Shown piece after piece: positions 36,670 to 48,200 of a DNA stretch of 64,000 nucleotides (the stretch's first letter is position 1; every line of letters begins with the position of its first letter). The notes beneath the pieces were generated by a model, which saw nothing but the letters and a program-made list of their open reading frames with translations, had not been told where the DNA came from and ran no database searches. Origin of the DNA: Callorhinchus milii (Eukaryota); assembly GCF_018977255.1 (NCBI RefSeq), contig NW_024704749.1, positions 2,542,001-2,606,000 on the forward strand, read 5' to 3'. The translations under genes and the position numbers were made by a program.

Positions 36670-37004
36670 CCCTTCCGATATTCCTAAATTACCAACTGCT
36701 GCCTCTAAACAGCGAGACAAAATATTTATTAAGCATTTCGACTTTCGATCTGCTGTCTTCTCTGCTAATTTACCAACCCAATCTATCCGTGCCCACCAAA
36801 TTTGCGTTTTTCCAATTCAGGAGCTTAGCGCTGGACACCTCCTTCACTCCATTCATTTTGATAATGAACCTGATCATGGTATGGTCATGGTTCCCTGAAT
36901 GTTCTCCTGTCTTCAAGTTGCTCACCTGTGCAAATCAAGCATTGCATTTTTGTGGTGGGAATCTTAAAATAAAGACAAAAATCCTTGCATTTGATATAAC
37001 ACCT

Positions 37005-37890
37005 TATCCGTAAGCAGAATAAGTCTCAGAACTCAACCAGAAAACTACTTTTGGATTAGCCATCTAAATATATATAATGTTTTCACCTGAATAGTCTAGA
37101 GTACAATATTTAATTGCTGTAAGTGACTGTGCAAGTGAATGTTAATGCCCTGAAAAATTTCTTTCACGAACTGAATCTTTTTTAATTAGGGATTGTTCGA
37201 ACGCTTTTTTTTTAATAGTGTAGCTATCACGGGCGCACTTCCGGGCTCAGGGCTACCCTCACAGACAGCCAGTCACAGACCACCTCAGACTCCAACACTG
37301 CCAGATCAGTCTCTGCCAAACTAACTCAGGACCCTGCACCAACCACCGCAAAGCCAACCGAGGACACACCCAACAAAGACAACAACAACAACAAGATTCC
37401 ATTTATTGAGCGCCTTTCACGTCGGGAGGACGTCCCAAGACGGGTAAGGTGCACAATACCGAGTGTTAGGGCGGTGAGTTATGGATACTTGAATAACAAA
37501 CTATTCTCAATCGTTGCTGGTTATGGTGCTCAGGGTAATTGTTCAATAACTTCAGATACAGGGGAGGAATAATAATAATCCTTACATTTGATATAGTACT
37601 TATCATGTCTTCGAGACATCTCAAAGAACAATATACTGTAAAGTGAATTGATTGTATATTTTGTGGGTGAAACACAGCAACCAACTGCACATAGCAGTGT
37701 CCCACAAACAGTCGTGGATTGAGTGACCAATTTATTATTCTTTTTTGGAGCAATTATTATCCCGAGCAAAGCGATTCACCAATCAACTAACCGTGTTCCT
37801 ACTGCTAGGTAAACAGGCATGTGGAGTAAGGAAACTTGCATAACAATTCGCCTTGCCGGGAATCAACTCAGGTCCTTTCGCTTACGAGGC
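37005..37890 (+). pseudogene. inverted duplicate of HIRA exon 59727-59918 with flanking intron (pseudo-exon 37190-37443)
   Basis: Aligns by eye to the reverse complement of about 59255-60094. It has frameshifts (T7 to T9, a 1-nt deletion) and a 61-nt L2/SINE-tail insert with an AAGAC target-site duplication. Confidence 0.93.
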
Positions 37891-38374
37891 GAGTACTCTA
37901 TTATTGTTCCTTATTTCTATCCAAAGCAATTACTACATGCAGTTCTGATTGCCATGGGGATATCCAGTCCTAAGTGTTCTATATCTGAGAGTGAATTTAC
38001 TCACTGAGCTATTGAAAGGGACACCCCAAATATACCAACCTCAATCAGTTATTTAAATTAAAATTATATTCTCCATCTATCACTCTCCCGCCCACTAAAA
38101 ATAAACAATTGGAGGATTGGCTTATCCTTTGGAGTCAGTGTCAGAAAATGCAATGTAATCGGATATCACTGGGAGTGCAAAGAAAGAACATTAAACTGTG
38201 TGATGCATTGTTTGGCTTGGACAAGGGTTGTGAAGGAAAAAAGTCCAGTTTCTGAAGGCTGTCGCCTTTCTCCTCGTGCTTCTCTCAGGTCTGGCATGGA
38301 TGCCCATAACAGCGGTGAGCAAAATGAGCAGGTTTCAACTCCAAGGGGCAAAAATAGAACTGCAATATTCTATC

Positions 38375-38380
38375 TTTATT
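38375..38380 (-). terminator. probable HIRA polyadenylation signal
   Basis: AATAAA on the minus strand about 740 nt after the stop codon. Confidence 0.5.
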
Positions 38381-39120
38381 TTATAAAAAAAACAAATGTG
38401 CCTGTATAAACAGTTAAAAGGTACCAAAGGGCAGATTGCATTCTGTACATCTCCACCAGGTCCATGGTTACTCTCGTTAGAACTTTTCTTTTTCATTTTG
38501 TACTTTTAACAAGGACAGACAGTAACGGATTTGTAATTTAGTACATCAGCCAAAGAGAAAACTACATTATACAAAAGTCTGAACTCGGCAGCTCATCTTC
38601 CAACTGAAAAGACGGAGAGTTTCAGTCCACAGATCTGAATCATCCTCTGCTAAAGGACAGGGCAGCTGAGAAGCTGCTGTGTCTCACAGTACTAGCATAG
38701 TAGCTTATAGTGGGCTACGACCACAAGTCATTCTATCTGGCAATAAGAGGGCCAGTGTCCGTTACATGTTGGATGCAGATGCCATCTTGGTCAATTGCAA
38801 CGAGTTGCTGGGTAGAGAGCTGTCACCTGCCTCCGAGTCACCAACGCTTCCCAGTGCAGTTGCAGACCATTTCTCGGATATTCAGTGCGCTTCGGTACTG
38901 TTATTGTGAAATGATATGTTCAGGCTAGCGCACCAGCACCGCCGTTTCCTGAGCACATCTGCCACTGGAGTGATCCGGCTTTGTGTAACAGAACACAGGC
39001 TCTTCTCCCGGGTTAAACCCAAATCCTCAATGTTCTTCTTTCCTGAGTTGGGCCACCGGCTGGACAGAGCAGATCTCCCAGAGGGTTGAGAATTGATCCC
39101 ATTTGAAATGCTGTGTAGTG

Positions 39121-39237
39121 CTACTTGTCCCTTAGTAGATCCAGCTGGTCCTGGTATTCTGTGAAGAGTCTCTGGAATCTGAGATTCTGTCCGATGACTG
39201 GAAGCATCTCCTTTAGCAGCTCTCTTTTCCGCAGGCC
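39121..39237 (-). CDS. HIRA: HIRA last coding exon
   Basis: CAG acceptor, 38 codons plus TAG stop. Confidence 0.96.
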   Translation of the reverse strand, partial: GLRKRELLKEMLPVIGQNLRFQRLFTEYQDQLDLLRDK

Positions 39238-42200
39238 CTGCAAAAGGAGCAGAAAGATCTTTCAGGTAAAGAGTTTACAATCTGCATTGAAGTGCATCGG
39301 TGAGCTGAGAATATCATTGCAAGTTACGTTGTTGAGTTGAGCTGGTGGTGACCCCACTCACTGTGGATCATTGCCTCAAATAGGTCAAAGCCTCTGGCCT
39401 AGTCGCAAGTAAGGCTGATGATCCTGAAGCTATCTTACTGAGCTGATACCTGTTTGGGGATTAGGGTACTGGATAAGGCCTGAGCAGTAAAAATATTGCG
39501 GAATAAGGGAACAGAGCTGGAAAGTGGAATTAATTACAATAAAAGGGTACCAATACAGGCAACAGTGGCAGACATGCTGGGATAAATATCTACGTTGAAA
39601 ATGTCTATGTATTCTATTTATTCTGTCACATCCGGTCATGCTAACCTGCTCCCCAAAAAGGTGATGAAGCATCTCATCTACTTCCCGCTAGACAGAAAAC
39701 AGACTGTAAACAGTTAAAGACAATAGCCCGCTAGATGCTTTGGGAGGAGGGGGGAAAGAGGAGAGAGAACCTACTTTCTATTGGGTTCTGAGTGCAAAAT
39801 AGTTGCAAATTAGTATTCTGATGATTCTTTCACTGTCAGGATGCAGGAGCCCACAATCCAGGAGAAGCACTGTAACCTGGCTGCAGACGGACACTACTTT
39901 TTACAGCGCTTCTAACTAATTCAAGAAATAAGGAGAAGCAGCAGTTACTTTATAATATTTTAGTGTTGACTCATCTACTCTAACAGTTTTCTGACTGCAA
40001 GATGACTGTTACAGCCCTGCCTTCTGTTAAGTCCATGTTTTTCATTACGATGCCCACTTTCAAGTAACAACAACTTACATTTGTCTAGCACCTTTTACAT
40101 CAGGAAGATGTCCCAAGATGCTGGATAGTCAGGATTTGGACCTGAGCAGGGGGTTGGGATCAGGAGGGTGGCAGGCAGGGTGAGTAGGAGTTTGGAGCGT
40201 GGCCAAAGGCTTATCAAAAAGGGTCTCGAGACGGGCCTTGAAGGAGGCGAGGGAAGGAGGTGAGGTGAAGAGAAGGGAATGTGGAATCAGAGTTCCAAAG
40301 GGTGGGTGCGGAGAGACTGAAGGCCGGACAAAGATTTTGAACTCTATCCTCTGGGGGATGGTTAGTGAATGGAGCCATGCGAGGGTGGGTGTGATAGGTT
40401 CATGGAACCGGGTGAACCTCTGCACGAGCTGTAGAGCGCTCGCACAAAGCACTCCTACTCTGTGTTGTTACCAATCACAGTGGGGTTTATTTACTTCATT
40501 GATTTGTTGCTTTCCAAACAAGAACAGGAACCTGAGGAAATGGGACAGCAATGTAGGGAGCTCTGCTTCCGATTATTCAAATAACATTTGCCAAAAGATA
40601 GCGTCAGTGTCACGTACGGTTTGTGATGCTCAAGTCCTACGTTTCATCCTGTATAGTAACTCAATGCAAGTCAACAAAATGAACTTCTTACCAGCACAGT
40701 CGATTCCCACTGGCTGCTGAATGAATTGTGAACAGGACCCAACAAATCCTTACACAGTTCCCTTAGGCGAGCCTCAAATCCTAGAATCAGAGGCAACAGT
40801 TAGCAAAATACTGCGCACCCGAGTTGAATCAATAATTCAAGGCAACGTGAAAAACAGCATTCCCAGCCTCCTACCTTCATTTACCAGGTAGCGTGTGTAG
40901 ATGAGAAGCCAGTGCCTGTATTCCTGGCTGGATTTTAGCGTCATTGCAGCTGCGACCTGATTCTCCAGATATGCCAGTGTTGTTCCCTGCTGAAAGGCGT
41001 GGGGCATTGAGGAGAGCCTGGCAGCCTGGCGGCCAGCACTAGAAAAACAAAGAGGCAACTGAGCTGCAGAAACAGGAACTAGGATATAGAGTCACACACA
41101 TAGTCACAATGACCTTAAAGTACACAAACAAGTGCCTATACACTACGTACAATGACCCCTCCTCGATCACATCGAGGACACCAGAAACCCAACAGGCCCA
41201 TTCATTATAGAACAGATGTGTCAGCATTCTGTCAGTTTGCAATGCATTAATTGGCCGAGGAGAGTAAGTCACACCTAGAGACAACTGCAACAACAACTGT
41301 AAAAGACAGGTGTCAATCTGACTCAGCTGGTAGCACTCTCACTTCTGAGTCGGAAGGTTGTCGGTTCAATCCCCGAGCAAAGACTTTGAACGCAGTAGAG
41401 GCTGACACTTCAATGCAAAGCTGGGGTGTACTGCACAGTTTGAGAGATGTCCTTCGGATGAGCCATTAAACCTGTCTGATCCTGTCTGGTTCTCTCAAGT
41501 GGACGTTGAAGTTACTATTGCACTATACAAAAAGAGAAGGGAATTTCTCCTGGTGTCCTGGTCAACAATTCCCCCAAATAAAATTGGTCACTCACTTCAT
41601 GGCTGTTTGTGGAGCATTGCTGCGTTCAAACTGTCTGCCATGATCGCCCACAGATAGAGTCAAAATACTTCACAGTAAATCCTGTGACATCTCGACAATG
41701 TGATAAGGCGCTATATGATATGCAAGGATTATTATAAAATCACATTTTTTTACCACAAAAATAATGAATAATGTTGCATTCTCTCCCTCCATCTTCCTTA
41801 CCAACAATATAAAGCAAACAAGTTACATTATTTCACAGAACTCTGTACTTTACAGAGTCTTTTCAACAACAACAAAATTACATTTGTATAGCGCCTTTCA
41901 CGTTGGGAGGACGCCCCAAGGCGCTGGACAGTCAGTGTTTCGGACCTGAGCTGGGGGTCGGGATTGGGGATGGGTAGCAGGGTGATCGAAAGCAGGGTCG
42001 AAGAGAAGGGGCTCGAGATGGATCTTGAAGGAGGCAAGGGAGGGGGCGAAGCGGAGGGACCGCAAGATGGAGTTCCAGAGGCTGGGGGCAGAGTGGCAGA
42101 AGGCAGAAGGATAGGCGAGGCAGGGGACGTGAAGCAGGCTGGAGCCCGCTGAGCGGTGGGAGCGGGCAGGATGGTAGGGGTTTAGGAGGTCGCAGAGGTA

Positions 42201-45200
42201 GGGGGAAGGAAGGGCATGGAGGGCTTTGAAGGTGAGGACCAGGATCTTGCACTGTATCCTCTGTGTGACGGGAAGCCAGTGGAGTCGGGTGAGGATGGGG
42301 GTGATAGAGTCACGGAACCTGGTGCGGGAGAGGACATGAGCTGCAGAGTTCTGGATGACCTGCAGCCTATGGAGGGAGGAGTTGGGGAGGCCGACACCTG
42401 GAATCCTCCTGCATTCAGCGCTTCCAGTGTGTTCAAATCAAAACTGTGTTTAACCAGCCCAAATCAAAAATAATTTACCATGAGGCTGTGACTCACCCAG
42501 CCTAGATAATGTACTTGGATAAACATTTCCAGAGAGGCCCAGCAGAACTGTGAGTCAGGGAGAACAATACCCTGCTTCCCAAAGGATTGCCCTTTTTTTC
42601 GGGTATAGAGGAGAGACTCAGGGGATACTGGGCTGGTTAGTAAAGGAAGCATTTGGGATGTGTGTGTGTGTATATATAAACACCCAGTATCCATGTTCTC
42701 TATACTGTTTGGATGTACTATGGTTAACCAGGTACTGCCCCCTACTGGAACTCTGTGGGTCCATATGCCAAATCTCAATTCCTATTATAAGAAAGAAACA
42801 GGATATGAGATATGAGGACTAAACCAACAGGCGAGAAAAGCATTAATCTGTGTAATAATGAGGTTCTTACTGAATGCAGATGAGGAGCTCCCTCTCGTGG
42901 GCCACGACAGGAACTGACAGCATCGAATTTGAATATAGACAAAATAATGATGATGATGAATTTATCTGTGTTGCTATTACAGATTAAGTATTTGTCTGAT
43001 AAACTCGCTCCTTTACGGTCAGGTTATGCTCAGCAGAAAGTGCAAAGCACAGGAGTGGTAGGTTACCTCCTCCCACCTATACCACAAAATAGTTTGGAAA
43101 AATTGACGACCATAATCAATAAGATATGATGTTAGTCAACTTATAAGGTTAATGCTCCAGATCAGAGGGCGCTGATCAAAAATGAGATACCAATTTACTG
43201 TGCTAGAGGCAGCATTTAGCAGCACACTCAATCTCACTACAATAACAGCTTTCTCTTATTTTTCTTACTTCAGTGATAATCTTTAAGTGAGGATCCCCGA
43301 AGCATAATCCTGTTTTATTATGAATCGGTTCCTAAAGTATTTGTATTTGCTTCTGGTATTTCTGGATGCTAAGTCAAAGTTAAAGCCATTTTTAATGGCT
43401 GGATAGTACTGCTCATACGCTCGCAGGGTTAATTGTGAACTGAACGACTGGACCTTTAGTCAAAGCTGATGATAGCTTTAATTGCATGATCAGAACTTGC
43501 ATATTAATTAAAAGAGAGTTCATTAAAAACCCCAGCTAGCCGGACTAATGGGGGACAAGTAGACACCCCCCAGTCTGACTCTCCTCGCGGAGTTGGCACG
43601 TGCTAGGAGAGTTGGGATAGCAGGAGGTTCCACAGGTCTGCTGAACTTTTTTTTAAAAAAAGTCCAGCTAGGTCTGAATTCTGGATATCCAGAGTCCGCT
43701 AAGCCAGAGGTTTACTGTATATATATTAACTCACTCATGTTGAAGAAAGATTGTGCCAAGCTGTGTTAATGATCTGAGATGTTATTCTACATGATGGACA
43801 CTATATAAAAGCAAGTTGTTGTCACAAATATTGTATTTGTGACAATTAACAATTATCATCGTTAATAAATGATTTTACCTTTTGTAGCTATTAAAGCTTT
43901 AGCTTACCAACACTGCTGTTTCTATTCAGAGCTAAAATTTGATTATTATGTAGAATCACTTGTTCAGAGGCAGTGAGAAGGGTTCTGAACCTCATTTTGC
44001 TGCCTGCTTGTATTTGTGCGAGTGTGTGAGAAAGAGAAAGAGAGAGAAATTGCAAGCAAAGGGGAGAACATGCCTGTTTATCTATTTATACGCAGGCTGC
44101 ATTGTCAATTTGACTTGTCAGTTCCTGCCAGCACCAGCAATGTTATCCGAAAGACAACAATGATATATCCAGATTCAACTTCCATTGTCAAATTAAATAA
44201 ATTAACTGAATTAATAATAACATAATAATCCTTGCATTTGATATGGTGACTTTTATATCGAGAGGAGGTCTCAAAGTGCAGCTGCGAAGGATATACTGCA
44301 AAAAGTGAGTGATTATGCATTTTGTAGGCAAATGAGGGGGTCAATCTGCATACAGCAATGATCTGAGTCACAGATTACTCGTAGGATGATTAACTTAACT
44401 CATGATCACCAAATTAATATCAAACACCTAGAGAACTAATAAAATCATCTCAAAGCCATTCACATTCAACTCTTTTGATATCACTTACTCATTATTCCTT
44501 CAGTCCTCAAGAAACCACAATAGGCCTCAAGAGACTGCAGTGCATTTCCCATCGGTTAGTCACAAAATACAGATAGCTCAGCATTACAGAGTAGACCATC
44601 CTTATCTTGAGAAATGAGCGCAGTGGCAACAGAAGTGTTTTTACAATTATTTTATATATCTCAGGTATCAGATGCAAAGAGAATAATCCTCACCATTGCA
44701 GAGTACACACCCATCTGCATTAATAATAATAATCCTCGCATTTGATAGAACGCCTTATCACATCTTCCAGACGTCTCAAAACGCTTCACAGAATATTCTG
44801 TAAAGTGAATTAACTATATATTTTGTGGGCAGCCAATTGCACGCAGCACATTTCAGGCAATTAGATTTACTTTCAATTTGGACTGACGCTCTCTGAAGTG
44901 ATTTCTTAACAAGGAAACCAGAATAAACAGAATAAATAAATATATAAATATATGGAGTCCTGTAGCTTAGTGGTTAGAACACTTGCCTCGCAAGCGACAG
45001 ACCTGGGTTCTATTCCTGGCAGGCCGAAATGTTGGGCAAGTTTCCTTACTCCATACGCCTCTGTTTACCTAGCAGTAAGTAGGAACCTGTTTGTTAGTCG
45101 TTTGGCGGATCGCTTTTCCGGGGATAATAATCCTTCAAAAAAACCAATAATAATTTGGTCACTTCAATCCACGACTGTTTGTGGGACACTGCTGTGCGCA

Positions 45201-48200
45201 ATTGGCTGCCGCATTTCGCCCACAAATATACAGTCAATTCACTTTACAGTATATTCTGTGAAGCGCTTTGAGATATCGAGATGTGAAAAGCACTATATCA
45301 AATACAAGGATTATTATTATTATAAACAAATGCATCAATAAATAATCCTTGCTTTTGACTTAGTACTTTTCACGTCAGGACGATGTCTCAAAGAGTTTCA
45401 TCGCATTTACTGTAAAGTGTAGTAACTGTGTGTATTTTGTACGCAGGAAAGAATAAATGAGTAGTAAAAAAACACCCTTGCTGATGATAATAGGCTGTAC
45501 TTACTTTATCCCACAGCCCTGTACTGTAGCCAGTGGCCCTGAACACAACATGGCCTCCTGAGATGTTAAGCAGCTCCGGTAATCTGCACATTGAACCAGT
45601 GAGTCCTGCTTATCCGAGATCAGATTCCTGAAAAATAAAGCAACCCACATAAAACAAAGATAATAAGTCCTTAGTATTCCTTTCATTTGATATAACCCCT
45701 TATCACATCTTTGAGATGTCTCAAAGCGCTTCACGGAATATACTGTAAAGTGAATTGACTGTATATTTTGTGGGCGAAACGCAGCAGCCAATTTTGTACA
45801 GCAGTGTCCCACAAACAGTCGTGGATTGAGTGACAAATTTTTTTTTGGTGTGAAGGAATTACTACCCCCGGAAAAGCAATCCGCCAATTGACTAACAACC
45901 GGGTTCCTGCTTACTGCTCGGTAAACAGAGGGTGTGGAATAACAAAACTTGCCCAATGTTTCGCCCTGTTGGTGATCGAACCCAGGTAGGCGAGTGCTCT
46001 AACCACTGAGCTACAGGACTCCATGATCCGAAAGGCTAAGAGTGGATGATTTTAAGGTAAGGTTAATTTGACAACCTGAACCTGGTAAGATCGTTATCAG
46101 CTCAATTGCAGAACAGTGTAGGAAATGACCCGGTAGGTATCAGCAGCTCCCAATGATGGGAGCCTTTAGCCACACACAATGCATTGGTTGGGTGACTGTC
46201 TTCCTTCTTGCATTGGTTTGATCAATGTAGCAATAACATTAATAATCACTGGCAATCACACTGATGCTGTTTTGGGACACTTCACATCAAAGTCTCGTGA
46301 ACAGCACTCACTTATACATAGATAGATAGGATAAGTCCCTCATTGGTGGTGCAGTGTGTGTCCCATCGGCTAGTCACAAAATACAGACATTTTGGCTGTG
46401 ATAAGAGAAAACTATTTCAAATTATTTTACATATTGCTCATGTATCAGTGTAAAACATTACACTATATACAGTGATCCACATTCTTGTCTATGCAATCAG
46501 ATATAGTTCCAATTGGATTCGGGCAAGGTACTAATACTGACAATCCATTAGTGAGTACTGGACTTTTAGACTAGTTTCTACTGCAATCAGTCTTCAGTTC
46601 CAGAATACTGGGTCTCATGCGGAAAGATTTTGAATGGGATTTCCCAACCAGGAAACTAGAAATACATCATGCCAGCTCTTGTGATCTTCCCTCTGGCACA
46701 ATCCATCTTTGGAGCAGAGTTGCCCGAGGTAATTTTTAAAAAATTGTCAATCTCCTGGTCATCCAGTCCAGTCAGCAATGTCACTTCCTGCTTTGTGCGT
46801 ATGATTCAGAAGTCAGTATTTTTTTTGTATTTCCAGTGCTTGCGCTTGCACAGTCAAACCTGCTAGAGTGCCTTACGAGTGGATTGGAATTCTATGGATC
46901 TCATCATATGGATCCCATATCCCCGTTATTATGTCATTTATAAAATCTCACTCACTAAGCTTTTGAAGTGTAAACAACAGGAACTCTGGACAAGTCTTGT
47001 CCATTTAAGTTTACAGACATTTGAACAAATAGACCCCACAATTTACAGTGACCCAGCCCAGAAGTGGGCACAGGCTGATATTTCTGATACTGTCGCCTTC
47101 AATGCACAGTGTTAATATTTATGAATTCTCTTTGGAAAAGACCATGTTTTGGAATTGTGGGAAGTATGACGAAGCAAGTGGGGCTTTTCTTTCCTGTACA
47201 GATGTACATTGTGGGCAGTTAAGAAAAAACAAAGTCTGGATAATGAGTTATCTTTAAAAAGCAGCAGCAATGCGCTGGCCACAGATTAGTTTGTTTTGAC
47301 GCCGAGGGGAACTCCCCATGTATAAAATGAAACAATCCTGACAAAAATACACCAAATGGAGGCTATTTCTGAAATACTGGCTGCCAGTTTGCTCAATTTG
47401 AAAGCGCAAGCAGCTCAGTTATAGTTCAATAGTCAAATGTCAACAGACAGTTTCATGATCATTTCAGTTCATCAGCTTCTGGGTGGAATTACCCACATCA
47501 AAAAGCATTAAGAAAAAGATCTTTTAAAATCCTAGAAAAGACACCCTGCAATCTATCCGGAACCAACAGTAAACATGGTTGCATGTTTAAGATTGTTAAT
47601 AATAATAATCCTTGCATTTGATCCAGCGCCTTATTACATCTTCGAGACATCTCAAAGCGTTTCACACAATACACTGTAAAGTGTAGTCACTGTATTTTGT
47701 GGGCAAAACAAAATAACAAAATTACACTAACACGATAATGATTCAGTGAGAAATCTACTAAGTGACAGACAGGCACAAATCGCCTACTCACTGATGACGG
47801 AGCTTATTCAATGGCAAAGCTTCAAACTGCCCATCCTTAGTCTCCAGGTGCTGCAGTTACTGCATGTATTTAAAATATTAATTGCTCACTCAAAAGTTTT
47901 CATTGAAGGCATTCAATCAAAAAAAAGAAAAGCAGAAATCTGCAAGCAACATTGTAACCCATAAGGGGTTATAAACGCTTATAACCTAGGCCAATAGAAA
48001 AGTGCGGCCACGATTTATCCGTGGAATCCGTTATAAGCACGCTAAAAATTGAGGTATCTGGCGCCCGGGCCTCTTGCGCTGTTTATCCGACGCAGCTGTG
48101 GGCGGTCTGGCACCAGAGGGAAATGGGCTTCACTCCACTCGGGAGGCCCCGCTACTGTCTGTGAATCTCCCCTCTGTATGTGTCTGTGAGTGTCTGTGTG

